Shown here: positions 11,901-25,700 of the stretch, piece by piece
How the letters are laid out: each line of letters opens with the position of its first letter
Numbering within the stretch: the stretch's first letter is position 1
Assembly (NCBI GenBank): GCA_050273025.1
Contig: CP158635.1
Coordinates: 30,814,001-30,878,000, forward strand
Length of the DNA stretch: 64,000 nt
Source: Cenococcum geophilum
Taxonomy: Eukaryota
Direction of reading: 5' to 3'
Program-made: the position numbers and the translations under genes
Notes under the pieces: generated by a model
The model's database searches: none
Seen by the model: the letters and a program-made list of their open reading frames with translations, nothing else
Told to the model about the DNA's origin: nothing

Positions 11901-14214
11901 CTTTTTAGTGCGAGTAATAATAACGTCCTTTAGGTTATCGTATTTAATATAGAGTCTATTTATATCTGCTAAGTAAAGTAGGAAAGGAGTATCTGCTTTA
12001 ATAATATGGAATTATACCTTGCCTATAGGGCTGTTGACGTCTATAGTTCTAATAGACATAGAGGCTTTAATCCCAAATTAGATAGTTACTTAGCCCTTAG
12101 TTAACGTGTTAAGACTTATAGACTTATCTACGGCCTATAGGGCTTAAAATTGGCCGTAGCCAGCTATAGACTTACGCGAAGCATCTATATTAATTATAAT
12201 TCCTATAAAGACCGTCGAGGTATATTATAACGCTATAGTTGTGGTCGTATTATAGGCGAATGGGTTAGTCTCTATATAAGGTTTTGTGGTAGACTCTGTA
12301 GTAAGTTTTAAAGCCATAAGTAGGTATATATAAGCCTTATTAGCTAGCTCTACGCTTATAGAGGTTGTTTTCTCTATAGTAAGTGTTCTAAAGGTGGTAA
12401 TATAGGCAGAACTATCGTTAGGTTCTCCGGCATTACTCCTAGAGTCGTTAGTGTCTTATATATAGGCTTTAAAGTTTAAGTTATCCTCTTTATCTCTTTT
12501 ATAGGCGGCGACGTATTATTTAAAGTGGTTATTAAAGTTGCCCTTATTGCGGCCCTTAATATTAATAAAACGTCTCTTATAGTCGTCTCTAGATTAATTA
12601 TACTCCTCCTCTATATATTTTTACGAACGGCAGTCCTTCTTCTTGCAGACGTAGCATTTGGCCTTTAGTCCGCCGTTAGTTCTATAGGGGTGATTGCTGC
12701 CGTAGCGATTGGTGTTTTGGTCTTAATTTTGGTTATTTTAATAGTAACATTAATCCGTAAAAAAGGTTTGGTAAGACGATCTTATTAAGGCTTATAGGGG
12801 GTGTTCTTTTTCCTACGCAATAATAGAGGATTGTAGCTTACTAATTAACTAAGAGAGGTCTTCTAAGGGGTTAGAGACAGTAATACGGTATGCTAGCACT
12901 CCCTAGCAAGCAGTAACCAACTTGTTTATAAGAATGCGGTTCGTATAAAAGTCTAGGTATAGTCTATAACGTTGCTTTAGTAGTTTATCTATAAGTAGTT
13001 AGAAGTTCTAATAAATTGACTTATTAGGGTTCTCGTCCATAACTCCTTAGAGGGTTATACTATTCTACTCCGTAAGGTTCTTATAGTAGTATTCTAGCCC
13101 TTTAAAGAACTATTATATATAATTGCAGGCTTTCGTAAAAGGTTTTAACTCAAGGTTGCTGTTATAGTAGTGGTCCTAAGTAAGCCCTTTTAGCATACTA
13201 GGGAATGCCACTACGTAGCCTTCTAGTGGTAAGCTAGATCTCTTATAAATGTTATAAAAGATAGTTAGCTTAAAGTTAAAGCTGTTATTAACTCCATTGT
13301 ACTTTTGGTCGTCTATATAGATCTTTGTAATTATAGCTACCTCCTTACTATATCTAGGTCCTTACTCCGCACTAGGCACGGCTGGTTTAGGTAGTGTATA
13401 TATTTATAGCTACTACGGCTGCTGCTCTCTTAGCTATAGCAGTTGGTCGATAAGAGTATGGATTTAGTTATAGTTGGAGGATTAAGGACCGGAAGGGGTA
13501 GTAGGGGTAGCGGGGGTAGCAATCGGAGTAGCTAGCAGTGCAGCAACCGGAGTAGCTAATGGTACGGCAGCTAGGATAGCTAGTAAAGTTAGTGGAGTAG
13601 CTAGTAGTAGGGCTAGAGGTGTAGCAAGCTTGTCTAAGGTTGAATTAAGTTAGTCTTACAGAGTTGTTATAATTATTGGTTTTACCTCTACAAGGGCCGC
13701 GATAAGCTCCTTATCCATCCATTTATAAAACTCTTCTTTATTAGCGACGTCCGTTAGCACCTTGCCAAGGGAGTATCTCTTATCTTACTTAGTAATATAT
13801 ACTCTTCTCTTAACTAGGTATTAACGGATTCCCATTCTAGTATTAGATTATACTTATTTAAAGGTCTCTAGCGTAAAGTTCTTAAAGTCTTCCTAAAATA
13901 CTGTCCACAGTGTAAAGTCTATAAGGTTAGATCGTGTATATAGGTGCATCTTGGTCTCTATATACTCCGTTAGGTTATTATCTATAGCCGTCTCTAAGTT
14001 AATTCCGTAGCTGTATTTAGTAATTCTTTCCTTTTAGTTAATTTCTATATTGTCGTGTCTTTATATATAAGGGTAGGTATAAGGGTAGGTATAAGGGTTG
14101 TCGTTAATTTAAAGAAGTTAAGGTTTAAAGTGAGAATGTAAAGGTGTATACGTGTCCTATTAACGAATTTACAGTTCTTAGAAACTATAGATGATTCTTA
14201 GTAAAGATACGGTC

Positions 14215-14510
14215 CTTTAGGCGATCTAACACGTCAACAGTTAAGTTAATACGTAGTTTTAAGCTTTAAGGGTCCTCTAGGCGATTTAACGCGTTAACAG
14301 TTAAGCTAATGCGTGGTTTTGAGCTTTAAGGGTAACGTAGCTCTCTCTAAGTAAAGGTACGATTCTCTAGGCAATTTGACGCATCAGCAAGCTGATACGT
14401 AGTCTTAAGCTTTGAGGGTAACGTAGTTTTCTCCTTTAACTAAAATAGGGTGATAGCTCTGCAATCTAACGCGTTAGCAGTTAAGCTAATGCGTGGTTTC
14501 GAGCTTTGCT
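14215..14510. repeat. Four to five ~55-60 bp direct repeats in the Copia A 5' leader
   Basis: Recurring GCGATCTAACGCGTTAACAGTTAAGCTAATGCGTGGTTTTGAGCTTT-like units at ~14221, 14281, 14371, 14461. Confidence 0.75.
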
Positions 14511-16161
14511 ATTACGTATTTCCTAATCTATACGTCTACTGATTAGTGTTGGTATACTCGCTTTATTAACGTGTATGAATATTACTTGTAGTGGTACGTA
14601 TGCGGTGTTGAAGTTAGTAGTTAATTAATGTCTAGAAATAGGGGTTTGCTCCAAGGTCAGATTAGCTAGTCTCGCTTTATGGTCTTATAACCACGTCATA
14701 TAACTAACATTCCGACAATTAGTTATAGACTAATAAATACTGCCTATAGCTTTCTAATAATACTAGAATCCTATATACGTACTGCATTTTTAGCCTATAT
14801 GACTAGAGACTGTAAGCGGTGTCCCCGCACTTTAGGTTATTATGGCTTAATATTTAACTAAGCCCCGCGAAGCCTTAGTCTAAGCCATGTTAAATCGGCT
14901 TAACTTTTTCGCGCCTAATCTGCAATCCTCGCGTTCCGCTTACACTCTACTACCTTTCTTATACTTTTCTTCCTCATTACATCCTTATTTCAAGACGCGT
15001 GACGTATCCTTAACCTCCTTATACTTATTTAATTCTTTACTATTATACCGTCCGTTATATATTAAATGCGTAGGTTAAGGCGAGTAAGATTATAGAATAT
15101 TAAGAAGAGTTAAGTAATTGATTAAAACTATCTAAGTTAGAGGTTAGGGTAAAAGGTTAACAATAACCGAGTTACGCGATGTATATAATGTAATATTGGG
15201 TGAAAACAACATTATATCCTAGCCTTTTTAATATCCCCTCCTTACCTACCTACCGGCCTACTACGCCGGCCCTTCTAACGTAGCTCTTAGCACGTTCGCC
15301 TATAATAGCAAATCTCTAAATTAGAGATAATTAAAACGAAGCCTATTAGGGAAGGATTAAATATAATTTATTTAACTTAATATATTAGGATCTAGGCATT
15401 CTTAGCTCTTTAGACTTATTATACTAGATTTTAGGAGATTGTAGTTACCTAAAGTTTATATAGCTTAGTTTAAACTAGATTCTACACCTGTTTTGTATTA
15501 CTTATAGTAATATCTAAATATATAACTAATAGTGCGGATGCGTTGTCTTACTATTTATTACTACTTCGGTCTTTAACCTTAGCCTCGTTTATATCTACTC
15601 TTTATTTTACAATATTAGCGCTTAGGCTATTGAATTCGTGTACCTAATATATTATAGTAATAAAAGTACTTTAACACCACGCTATTATTTAATGCTTGAC
15701 TTAGTTTAGTAAGACGATTACTAAGAGATCTACTTCTAAGGCGGTAAAATCTTAGCGGCGCGGTTAGAAGGGGAAGCCGATTTTATAAGCGGCTATAGTG
15801 TTAAGTTAAACGGCTTAATAGTCTCGGTGTCTAAGAGAGTAAGTATAAGGACTAATATTTTTAGTTTTAGCTTAAATTGCAATTCTAAAGGCTAGATACT
15901 AATTCCGGTTTAGTATATAAGCTAATTAACTACTATAAAAAGGGCGCAATTCTAAAAACCGGATCCGGTTCTAAACTAGATCCTATTTTTAGGAATAGGT
16001 CGATTAACCGCTATAAAAGGAGGTTAACTATATCTATATTTAGTATATTAGGTTTAGCTTATTTTAGGACTAGCCACGTAATTATTTATAGGCGCTTATA
16101 TAACTAACCCTATAGTTAACCCGCTTAGGCCCTCTAGCCTCGCTATCTAAAAGCCTTATAC

Positions 16162-17843
16162 TATTAGGAAAAAATTTACTAGCATTTTTATAGCATTTGG
16201 CAGCATTTAGCAGCCAAATGCGCATTCCGCGCACTATAACGTATAGCGTATAGTATTAACTAAGGTGCGGCATACTACTGCATTTAATAATATAGTGTGG
16301 TATACTATTGTATTTAATAATGCAGTGCGGTATACTGCTGTATTTAATAATACAGTGTAACTAATTACGCATTTTATCCTCCTTACGCATTCTATATATA
16401 ATGCCCTCCTTATATATTCTATATATAATGCCCTCCTTATATATTCTATATATAATGCCCTTCTCGCGCATTCTATATATTTTACTTACTTTAAGTAATA
16501 AATAAGTATTACTCTTTCTACGTAGTTGGTGCAAAATAAATTATATTATTTTAGATAATTTAATATAATATAGTAATGGTTCTCTTTTACCTACCTACCT
16601 ACTAACCTATCTACCTACCTACCTACCTACCTACCTATTTACCTACCTACCTACCTATCTACCTACCTACCTGCCTACTTGCCTGCCTATTTATCTACTT
16701 ACCTATCTATACCTACCTATCTATGTCACCTTAATTCGATTAATTAATCGAATCGTTTATTGTATTTGCTAGCTGGTTGTTTAAACGGTTATTGTGTGGC
16801 GATAACGACGGTTATCTAGCTTTGGCGACGGTTATTTGGCTCTAGCGACAGTCGTCTAGCTCTAACGACGGTCGTCTAGCTCTAACGGTCGTTTAGCTCT
16901 AACAGTTATCTAGCTCTAGCGACGGTTATCTAGCTCCGGCGATGGTCGTCCAACTTTAACGACGGTTGTCTAGCTTTAATAACGGTTATCTAGCTTTAAC
17001 GGTCGTCTAGCTCTAGCGACGGTTGTCTAGCTCCGGCGATAGCTATCTGCTAGCTATTATTCTAGTGTCTTCCTAGGTAGGGAGGATATAAGAAAGGGTA
17101 AAAAATAAGGTGGCTACCTAGGTATATATAGGGGGTATACTTAGTAAAGGTATATGTAAAGGCTATTGGGAATATAGCAGGGACCTAATGCAGAGCTTTA
17201 TGTAGAGCCTCCGTATATAGAGCTTCGCGTAAAGCCTTATATAGAGCCTTTATACGTAGAGCTTTATATAGAGCTTTATATAGAGCTTTATATAGAACTT
17301 TATATAGAGCTTTATACAGAACTTTATATAGAGCTTTATATAAAGCTTTATATAGAGCCTTATATAGAACTTTATACAGAGCCTTATATAGAACTTTGTG
17401 TAGAGCCTTATATAGAACTTTATACAGAGCCTTATATAGAACTTTATATAGAGCCTTATATAGAACTTTATATAGAGTTTTATATAGAACTTTATACAGA
17501 GCCTTATATAGAACTTTATATAGAGCCTTATATAGAACTTTATATAAAGCTTTATATAGAGCTTTATATAGAGCTTCGCGTAAAGCTCTGTGCGGAACTT
17601 TATTTAGAACTTTAAACTTTATATAGAACTTTAGGAAAAAATTACTAGTATCTAATTTTACTTCTCTGCCATTTTAGCATTTTCTAGCATTTAGTAGCTA
17701 AATGCTAATACTTAATTATAAATGCGGCATTTGGCGCTAAATGCTAGTACTTAGTAATAAATGCCGCATTTAGCTGCTAAATGCTAGAAAATGCTAAAAT
17801 GGCAGAAAAGTAAAATTAGATACTAGTAAATTTTTCCCTAACA
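16162..17843 (+). mobile_element. Non-autonomous TIR element with internal minisatellite arrays (variant copy, heavily RIPed)
   Basis: TIR TATTAGGAAAAAATTTACTAG vs reverse complement TGTTAGGGAAAAATTTACTAG; 2-bp TSD AC (16160-16161, 17844-17845). Carries the same ordered internal arrays (ACCT-rich, 20-mer, 12-mer) and spacer as 25426-32642 and 49406-51728. Confidence 0.8.
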
Positions 17844-19242
17844 ACATTATAGAATAAATTAAAACTAATAGGCATAACTAGAAAACGCTACCTCCTTATA
17901 CTTTTAGGTCATTATAGCTTAGTATTTAACTAAGCCCTATAAAGCCTTAGTCTAAGCCTTATTAGATTAGCTTAACTTTTCTATACCTAATTTTTAATCC
18001 TCCCTATATTTACTTATACCTTACTTCCTTCCTTATACTTTTCTCCCTAGTTATTTCCTTATTATAAGACGCGCCCAATATATCCTTGACCTCCCTATAC
18101 TTACTTATATCTCTGCTATTATACCGTCTACCTCTTTAATCTCCCCTCCTTATCTACCTACCCGCCTTCTATGTCGGCCCTCCTAACGTAGCTTTTAGCG
18201 CGTTTACCCGCAATAGCAAATCTCTCCTAATTAGAGATAATTAAAACGAAACTTATTAACGAAGGACTAAATAATTTTCGCGATTTATTTAACTTAATAT
18301 ATTAGGATCTAGATATCTCTAGCTCTTTAGACGCGTTACATTAAATAGGTAATAAAGGTAACTATTAATTTACCTAGTATAAGCTCTATCTAACGCTCGT
18401 AGAACTAAAGAATATTTTACTTAATCTAATACTAGCTTTATAGAGCCTTCCCGCTTCTTATTTATTACTAGCTAACGGTAGTAGCAAAAGCCTTCTTATT
18501 AATCTATTAATACTTAATTTAGTAGTCGGTTCTAACGACTTCGATATTAAGCGGTTCCTACTTCTTTTAAATACGATTATTTGGATTAAACCTAATAAGG
18601 TTATCTAGGAAAAGGTATACGCTACTGTTATAGAGTCTACGTCTTCCCCCTAACCGCTACTATTTTATATTTAAACCCTAAATATATGTAATATAAGCAG
18701 CTTCGCCAACTCGTCTAAATATAGGAAATACGTAGATAATGTTCTAAAGGAGGAGCTAGGCCCTCTTTATATAGGGATTCCTAGCTTATATAGGGCATTC
18801 TTTAGGGAAGTAGAAGGTCTTAAAGAGGTAAGCGCTATTATTTTTAAGAAATATAAGGAAGGGGACAATCCACTATATACTGAGGGCGGCTAGCGTAACT
18901 GGCCTAAAAGCGTAGAGCAAGATAATGTCCTAAAGTGGTTTAATAACCTAATTAGATTATTTTTAGGCCTCGCTAAGGAGTATAGGTCCGCCCTAAAGAT
19001 ATAATAAAAGCTTATCGTTTATACTAAGCAGCCCTTATAAGGGTCTATAGCAAAGCAAAAGCTAAATATTAGTTTTGTAGATAATCTAATAGCTAGCAAA
19101 AGCTCTTAATGCTGTTAGTCGTATATACTTATACTAGGAGAGCTAAAGAGTAATTTAAAAACTGATATACCTTTACAGGCATAGTTTAATTTAAGGAAAT
19201 ATATAAAAGAAGTCTTTACCGCTTAGAATACTTATTACTTTA

Positions 19243-22200
19243 TATTGGTTACACAAGGGGGATATTACATAGCTACGGTTCGTAGATAGTATGATGATTG
19301 TTTTATATTCTTCTTAAAGAAAGGGGTGAGGAACTTAAGGTTCCTTACTACGCTAGTGCCGCGGCGGCACGTGATGGCAACTTGCCGCACGTAACGGCAA
19401 CTTGCTATACGTGACGGTAATATGCCTTATATGGTAACCATTTACCTTTATTCCCAACACTAGCAACTCTTCTTTTATGGTTGCTATCTATATATATATA
19501 CCGCTTAACTAGCGGAACAAAAATTAATCCTCCTTACTTACTATTGCCATTATAATATAAGTCTCGCTATCCTAAAATTTGCCTTTTAGCATATAGTGCT
19601 TTCTTGCTTATAAGTTATGGGTAGGTATCTTATTAGTAGGGCCGCTAAGGCGCTAGCGGTAAGCGAGCTAATAGCAATTTTCTATCCCGGGGATGGAAAA
19701 TCCTAATTGGCTAGTTTAAGTTAGGGTCTGCAGAATCTAACTAATTAGATAACTTTAACCGCCGGTTAAAGTTCCTAGATATCTTAAGACCTTACGTAAC
19801 TAAGAAATTTCTAAGGACTCCCTTTTAACCTAACCTTTAACTCGTATATATAGAGTATTTATATTAATAAACGTCTCTAGTGCCTTATTTGGGTTCGCCT
19901 TTGTCATTATATCTACTAGGTTATCTTGGCCATTAATCCATTAAATCTTAAAGAGTTTTTAACGCTCGTAGGATTGCTAAAGTGCCATAATATTAATTAT
20001 AAGGCGCTTCTCCTTTATGGTACTAAGCTTAACTAAATACTCGTAGAGGGAAAATGAATTGGTATATATAATTATAGGGATAACGGGAAGTTTAAGTTAA
20101 TCTATAATTATCTTTAGGGTAGTTCCAATTGCAATTGCTATATTAACTCTGCTAACTATTCTATATATCTCTAACACTAAAACACTTTAGGTAACGCGCT
20201 TACTCTTAGTTAAGCTCTAATAGATAAGATTACTATAAATTATAAAGTTATTCTCTCTAGTGAATTTGTTTGTAATAATAATCTTATATCCTAACTAGGA
20301 GCTAAAATCTTTATTATTTATAAACGATTTATTAATAAATATAAAGAGCTTAGCGGTAGGAAGATTAATAGGCATATAGAGTAGTCCCTAATTAAGATGG
20401 TTTATTTACTAGAAAAGACGTTTATTTAGGGCAAGAACGTCGTCCTTAGTTAGTTCCTAGTATTAGGCGGTAATAGAGAGATTAAATAAAGCCTTAGGTT
20501 AACAGATAGAAGCAATATAAGCTCCGCGAGCGCATTACTCCACGTATCCTTACTTTAGGGAATTAACGTTAATAACGTCGATTTTTTTACCTTAACCCTT
20601 CTGGCGTAAAGTAATGGAATCCTTATTTAGGGAGAGAATATATCCATTAAAGAGTAATAGTGTTATTAAGTTAAGCTTTTCCTTTAGCTTTATTATAAGA
20701 TTTGCTTTTACTAGCTTATCCTCTTTAAGAGCTAAGAATTGGTCGTCTTCTAAAATAATTATATTATTAGTTTATATACTAACAATTCTAAATGGGGTTC
20801 CTATAGTTATAATAAGGAAGTAGGGATTAAATATAGAAGTAGTTATTAAAAGCTTCTCTTTATGGTGCTTGCTGTAGGTAGCCTACTAGTAAGTTCCTAC
20901 CTCTACGATTCTATATAATAGCTTAAGCATAACTATAATCGTGTTTTTAGGATACTGGTGGCGAATTTGCTCTGGAAGGTATACCAATATTAAGCGCTAA
21001 AGGTGCGTCTCTAATTAGGTGTAGGCTTAAGTAATATCTTACAAATAAACTACTATTCTATTCTTTATTAAGGAGGGAGCTAATATAATAATGACTCGCT
21101 AACTAGCTCGTTAAATTATAGGAGATTATATAAGAATTATCTCTTTGCTATTATCGTTGTAACCTTAAATAATAAGCCTTAATTTCTTAAATATGGCGTT
21201 AGTAGCTTTGCCCTTAATCTTATTAACTATTCTTAACTTAAAGATGCGAACTCTATTAAACTTGGTAGGGTTATATTTCTTAAATTTAAAGACTCCTTTT
21301 GCGATAAGACCGTCAATCTCCTACTTATTAGATGCTTAAAAAGGAGCTCCTGGGGTTATAATACAACCTTTCTTTTAGAGCTGTTTTGCAAGCTTAAAGT
21401 TAGTCTTCTTTTTGGCTGTTATAAAGGCCATTAATAACTTAACTTTATTCTTAATAGTGGCAATAAATTGTTCTTTAAAATTAATAAGGTATTAGCAATT
21501 TCGTAATCCCTTTAGGCGACCTCTACCGTGTTGTAGTTATAGCGCATCTACTATAATTGTATTGGGATCGTAGTCGCCTTCTAGAGTATATTAATCGTAG
21601 TTCTCTTCTAGAGCATCTTCTAGGGCATCCTGTAAAGGCTTAGAATTGTTATCTTTGTAGTAAGGCTTAATAATAATTAAACGGAATTAGGTAGGTCTGT
21701 GAGGCATCTAAATAGTATAAGTTTAACTATTAATTGCAATAAGTTAATGTGGGCCTAACTATCCTCCCCTTTTACGCCATATGCGTACTTTAGACTAAAG
21801 TGGTAGATTAAGCGTAGTTAAGGTGTTTGGGCCATTTCTTATTCCTAGTGCGTTATTAACCTAGCGTGTGGTATAGAGGCGTTATACCTTCTTTATTGCC
21901 TTACGAATTACCTTAGCTTATTATATAATAGAGGGAGATAGTAGAGAATTGTTAGTTATTTATAGGTAGGCGCTAAAGACTAGTAATATAGGTACGAGTC
22001 TATTTAGGCTAGCGGAATTGTTAATAGCTTTAACAGCTATTTATAAGGTAAGTTCTTCGCTAGCGTCCTTTAGTTTTAAAGAGATAATCTTATATACGCG
22101 GCGTAATGGCGTGTAATATCGCTCCACTTTTCTAATACTATTATGTGCCTTAATAGGGACTTCCTTAACCTTAATTGGTATTGCCTTTATTTATTATCGG

Positions 22201-25200
22201 AACTCTATAGATAAGAAGTTTTTTTTTACGTTATAGACGATTTAATTAGGGGGTCCTAGGTAGATATTAATTTAGTATAACTAAAGGGTATCCTATATAT
22301 TCCTAGCTAATATATCCTTTAAGAATTGTGCGGCTTAGAAGGAGGTTAAGAAGTTAATAACTTAGAGTACTAGCTTGCCGCTAAGGTATATAACGTTGAT
22401 AATAATATAGAAGTTAAAGTTATAGTTATTTTTAAGAGTGAACTTAAATCGGCCAGGGGACCTCTGGTTTATTTAGTAGTGGTAGTAGTATTTTATAAGA
22501 TACTTAATTGCCTTAACCTTAACTTTATAGCCTACTCACTAAAGAACCCTAAGCAATTGGTAAACTAATAGGTAACTAAAACAACGGTGTAGTTAGCGTA
22601 ACTCTAACTTAGTTAAATAGCTTTAAGCAATACTCTTTTCTGGTTGTTAAAGGAGCAGCTAAGGGTAACCCTACTTACGTATAATAGGTACCCGATTATC
22701 TCCCTACACGAGTATATTCTTAAGGTTATTAAGCTTAACACCTAGTTTATCTATATCTTTAATGCAAAATAAAAACGGGGTGTTTATGGGAATAATGTGA
22801 AAAGTGATATACCCTAAGGGGGTTTAAACCCTAATTGTGCCGAGAGAGATTGTAGTACCTTTACTAAAACAAATCGTGTATTGGCCTACCGTTAAATAGT
22901 TAATCTAAATAGAGCTATTAAGCTGCTAAAGGGCTCGAACTTAAGGTTCTCCTACTATAGATACTCCTGCGGCTTTAGTATCCGGTATAATACTATAGAA
23001 GACGTTTACCAAGTATCTATCGTTAAAGGAAAACGCGGAGCTCTCTTTTGGCTTATTAAAGATATCTAACTTTATAATAAAATGGAGCGTAGATTGGTTA
23101 TTAAGAATAGCGACAGTTTGTATGCCATTTACCTTACTATACTTAGTAAAGTATTAGTTAGGTAAGTAGTCCTTAATTTCTATATTTATAAGGAGCTGTT
23201 TAGTCTTATTAACCTTACCCTTAAGGTCTTCTATGCCTTTGTATTAAACCAGGAAGCTTTAGAAGTAGGCTATAGTAATCTTATAATTTCTAACGTTTTT
23301 TATACTCTAACGGAACTTATTATATGCCTCTTTTCGCTTATTAAGGGAGTATCTAGTTAACTAGCAATTTGGCTTCTTATAAATATAGCACTTCTTTTAG
23401 TAATTATTTCGAAATAAACCTCTATAAGGACCTCTATAATTACCTTATAGTTAACGTTAATCGTACCCTTTACTATATTCCCTACTACGGCCGCTATATA
23501 TTTAATTAGTTTAGTTATAATTATATTAGTTAGGAACGCTTAGTTAGGTAGGGCTTTTAGTATAGAGCTGTTAAGATTCTTATATTTATATTGCAGTACC
23601 TACGGCAGAGCGTAGCTCGGTATATACTCCTTTAAACGTGTCTATAGGTTTATATAGCGCTAAGTTACACTTAGGAATGCTATAGCATGCTAAGATAACC
23701 TAGTCCCTTAGGCTGTTCTTATTTTAGTAAGTTTTAGTAAGTCCACGTTAGATTTTCTAGAGTTTATTAAAGAGTAGTTAAAGGCACTTTAAATAAGTCT
23801 TTATTGGGTTAGAAGTAATAACTCTTTAGAATATAGTCTCTCGCCATTTAGATATATAAAGTTAGCAATTCTTATTAGTCTTAAAGTGGGCTTTAGTGAG
23901 CTAAAGCATTATATTAAAGCTATAGTTTTTACCCGTAATATAGTCGTAATAGAATATTACTGCCCGTCCCTTTAATATAATAGAGAAAGCGTAGTAGTAC
24001 TAGTGGCATTAAATTCTAACCTTATTGCAACAGTTATAAAAGACCTATAGTTTTGCTCTAAGTATATTATATAATTCTTTTCTAAACTTCTTCTCTTTAT
24101 CCAAATATACCTTTATTAGATTTATAACTTCTTATAGTAGAGGGTTACTAGTTGGCTAGAGTAGAGGAGCTAAAGGTGGTAGAGGTGGAGGACGAGTACC
24201 TTTAGGTGGGAGAGTACCTTTAGGTGGGAGAGTAGCGTTCTGGGGGTTTCGTTCCGAATTAAAGTTACCTTTTAAAGAATATGGGTTAGTTCTAGGTTTC
24301 CGTAGTTAATGTATAATTTTAGCTTCTATCTATACTGGTTTTTCTATACTAGTAATAACGGCCTAAATATTGCTAGTAATTAGGTTACCGTTCTTAGTAA
24401 TATATACCTTATTCCTATAGAGAAAGTCTCGAAAATCCTAAATAATATTAATATTACTAAGTGCCTAGGTGTTAGCGGTCTATCCTATAAAATCCTCCCT
24501 AAAATATTCCCATAGCTATATATCGGCGTAGTATCTACTTTAGTAGAATATAATACGGTATAGGAGAAAGCTATTAACTTGTTTTGCGGTATAAGTTGTT
24601 ATATTAAAGGTAAATTCGTCCTAATTTTTATTAATAAGTTTCGCGTATAAAGCTACCCCTAGTGGTAAGGAGTCTTCCTAGTCGTTTAAAGTAGGCGTAG
24701 CCATGTTTTTGGAGGGAGGGAAGTATTATTGGCGTAGGGATTGTCGTTTGGTACGCGTTTATAATATATATTTATTATTTAGTACGCGTTCGTGACGTGT
24801 ATTTGCGATTATAGGGCTTAGGATTAGTTCTGGCCTTAAATCGCGAAGATTTATAAAGTATGTTATTCTGCGTAATAGACGTAAGAATCCGTAATCTTGG
24901 AAAGGCTTAGGACTAGTTCTGGCCTTTAGATCCTTAGATTTATGGAAGAGTTCTATTTAAGGTTTAGGACCAGTTCTAACCTTAAAAGACAGCTTCCTTT
25001 AGCATAAGTAGCACTAGTATAGTGGCTTATCTTTTCTTAGTGGAATACCTAGCTGCTCTGTAGTATAATAGTAAAGTTAACTACTAATTAGTGTTGGTTA
25101 TATAAGGGGGATATTATGTAGCTACGGTTTGTAAATAGTATAATAATTATTCTGTGTTCTTTTTAAAGAAAGGGGTAAGGAACTTAAGGTTCCTTACCAC

Positions 25201-25308
25201 GCTAGTGCCGCGGCGGTACGTGATAGCAACTTGCCGTACGTAACGGCAACTTGCCATATATGACAGCAATATGCCTTATATGGTGACCATTTGCCTTTAT
25301 TCCCAACA
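19243..25308 (-). mobile_element. Ty1/Copia LTR retrotransposon B, full length, RIP-inactivated, inserted in the kinase gene
   Basis: 217-bp LTRs 19243-19459 and 25092-25308; TSD CTTTA (19238-19242, 25309-25313). Minus-strand integrase (~22650-21950) precedes RT (~21300-20400) and RNase H remnants. LTR unrelated to Copia A. Confidence 0.93.
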
Positions 25309-25700
25309 CTTTATTTTAGGCTTTATCCTCTATAGATCTATTATGCGGCTATAGGAGTATAACTAGGTAGGAGGCATTATATCTTTACTATTTAATATTA
25401 ATAAAGATAGACTATAATTTACCTTCATCGGCAAAATATGGTACCCTTTTAATGGCCTCAATGGCTGGTGGTTGACGCAATTGGCGCGCAGTTGAGGTCA
25501 TTTGGCAACTCGACCGACTAGCCTATGTCGTGTTTTTTTGACACGCAGCCTGCGCGCAGCCTACGCGCAACCTGCGCGCAACCTGCCAGCAATCTACGCA
25601 TTTGGCAACCATAATTATATTTACCTCTTTTATACTAATAGCATATTTTAAATAAATAAAAGCTATTTTAAAGCTATTTATAAGGCTAGCAAAATAAATA

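Larger units (their letters stand above)
8391..14717 (-). mobile_element. Ty1/Copia LTR retrotransposon A, full length, RIP-inactivated
   Basis: 171-bp LTRs 8391-8561 and 14547-14717 (TG...CA/TA); TSD ATTAG at 8386-8390 and 14718-14722. Minus-strand RT remnant KPLYRVPKAGNHWFKTYH (~10100-10045). Integrase remnant (~11900-11150) lies upstream of RT, the Copia order. Confidence 0.93.
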
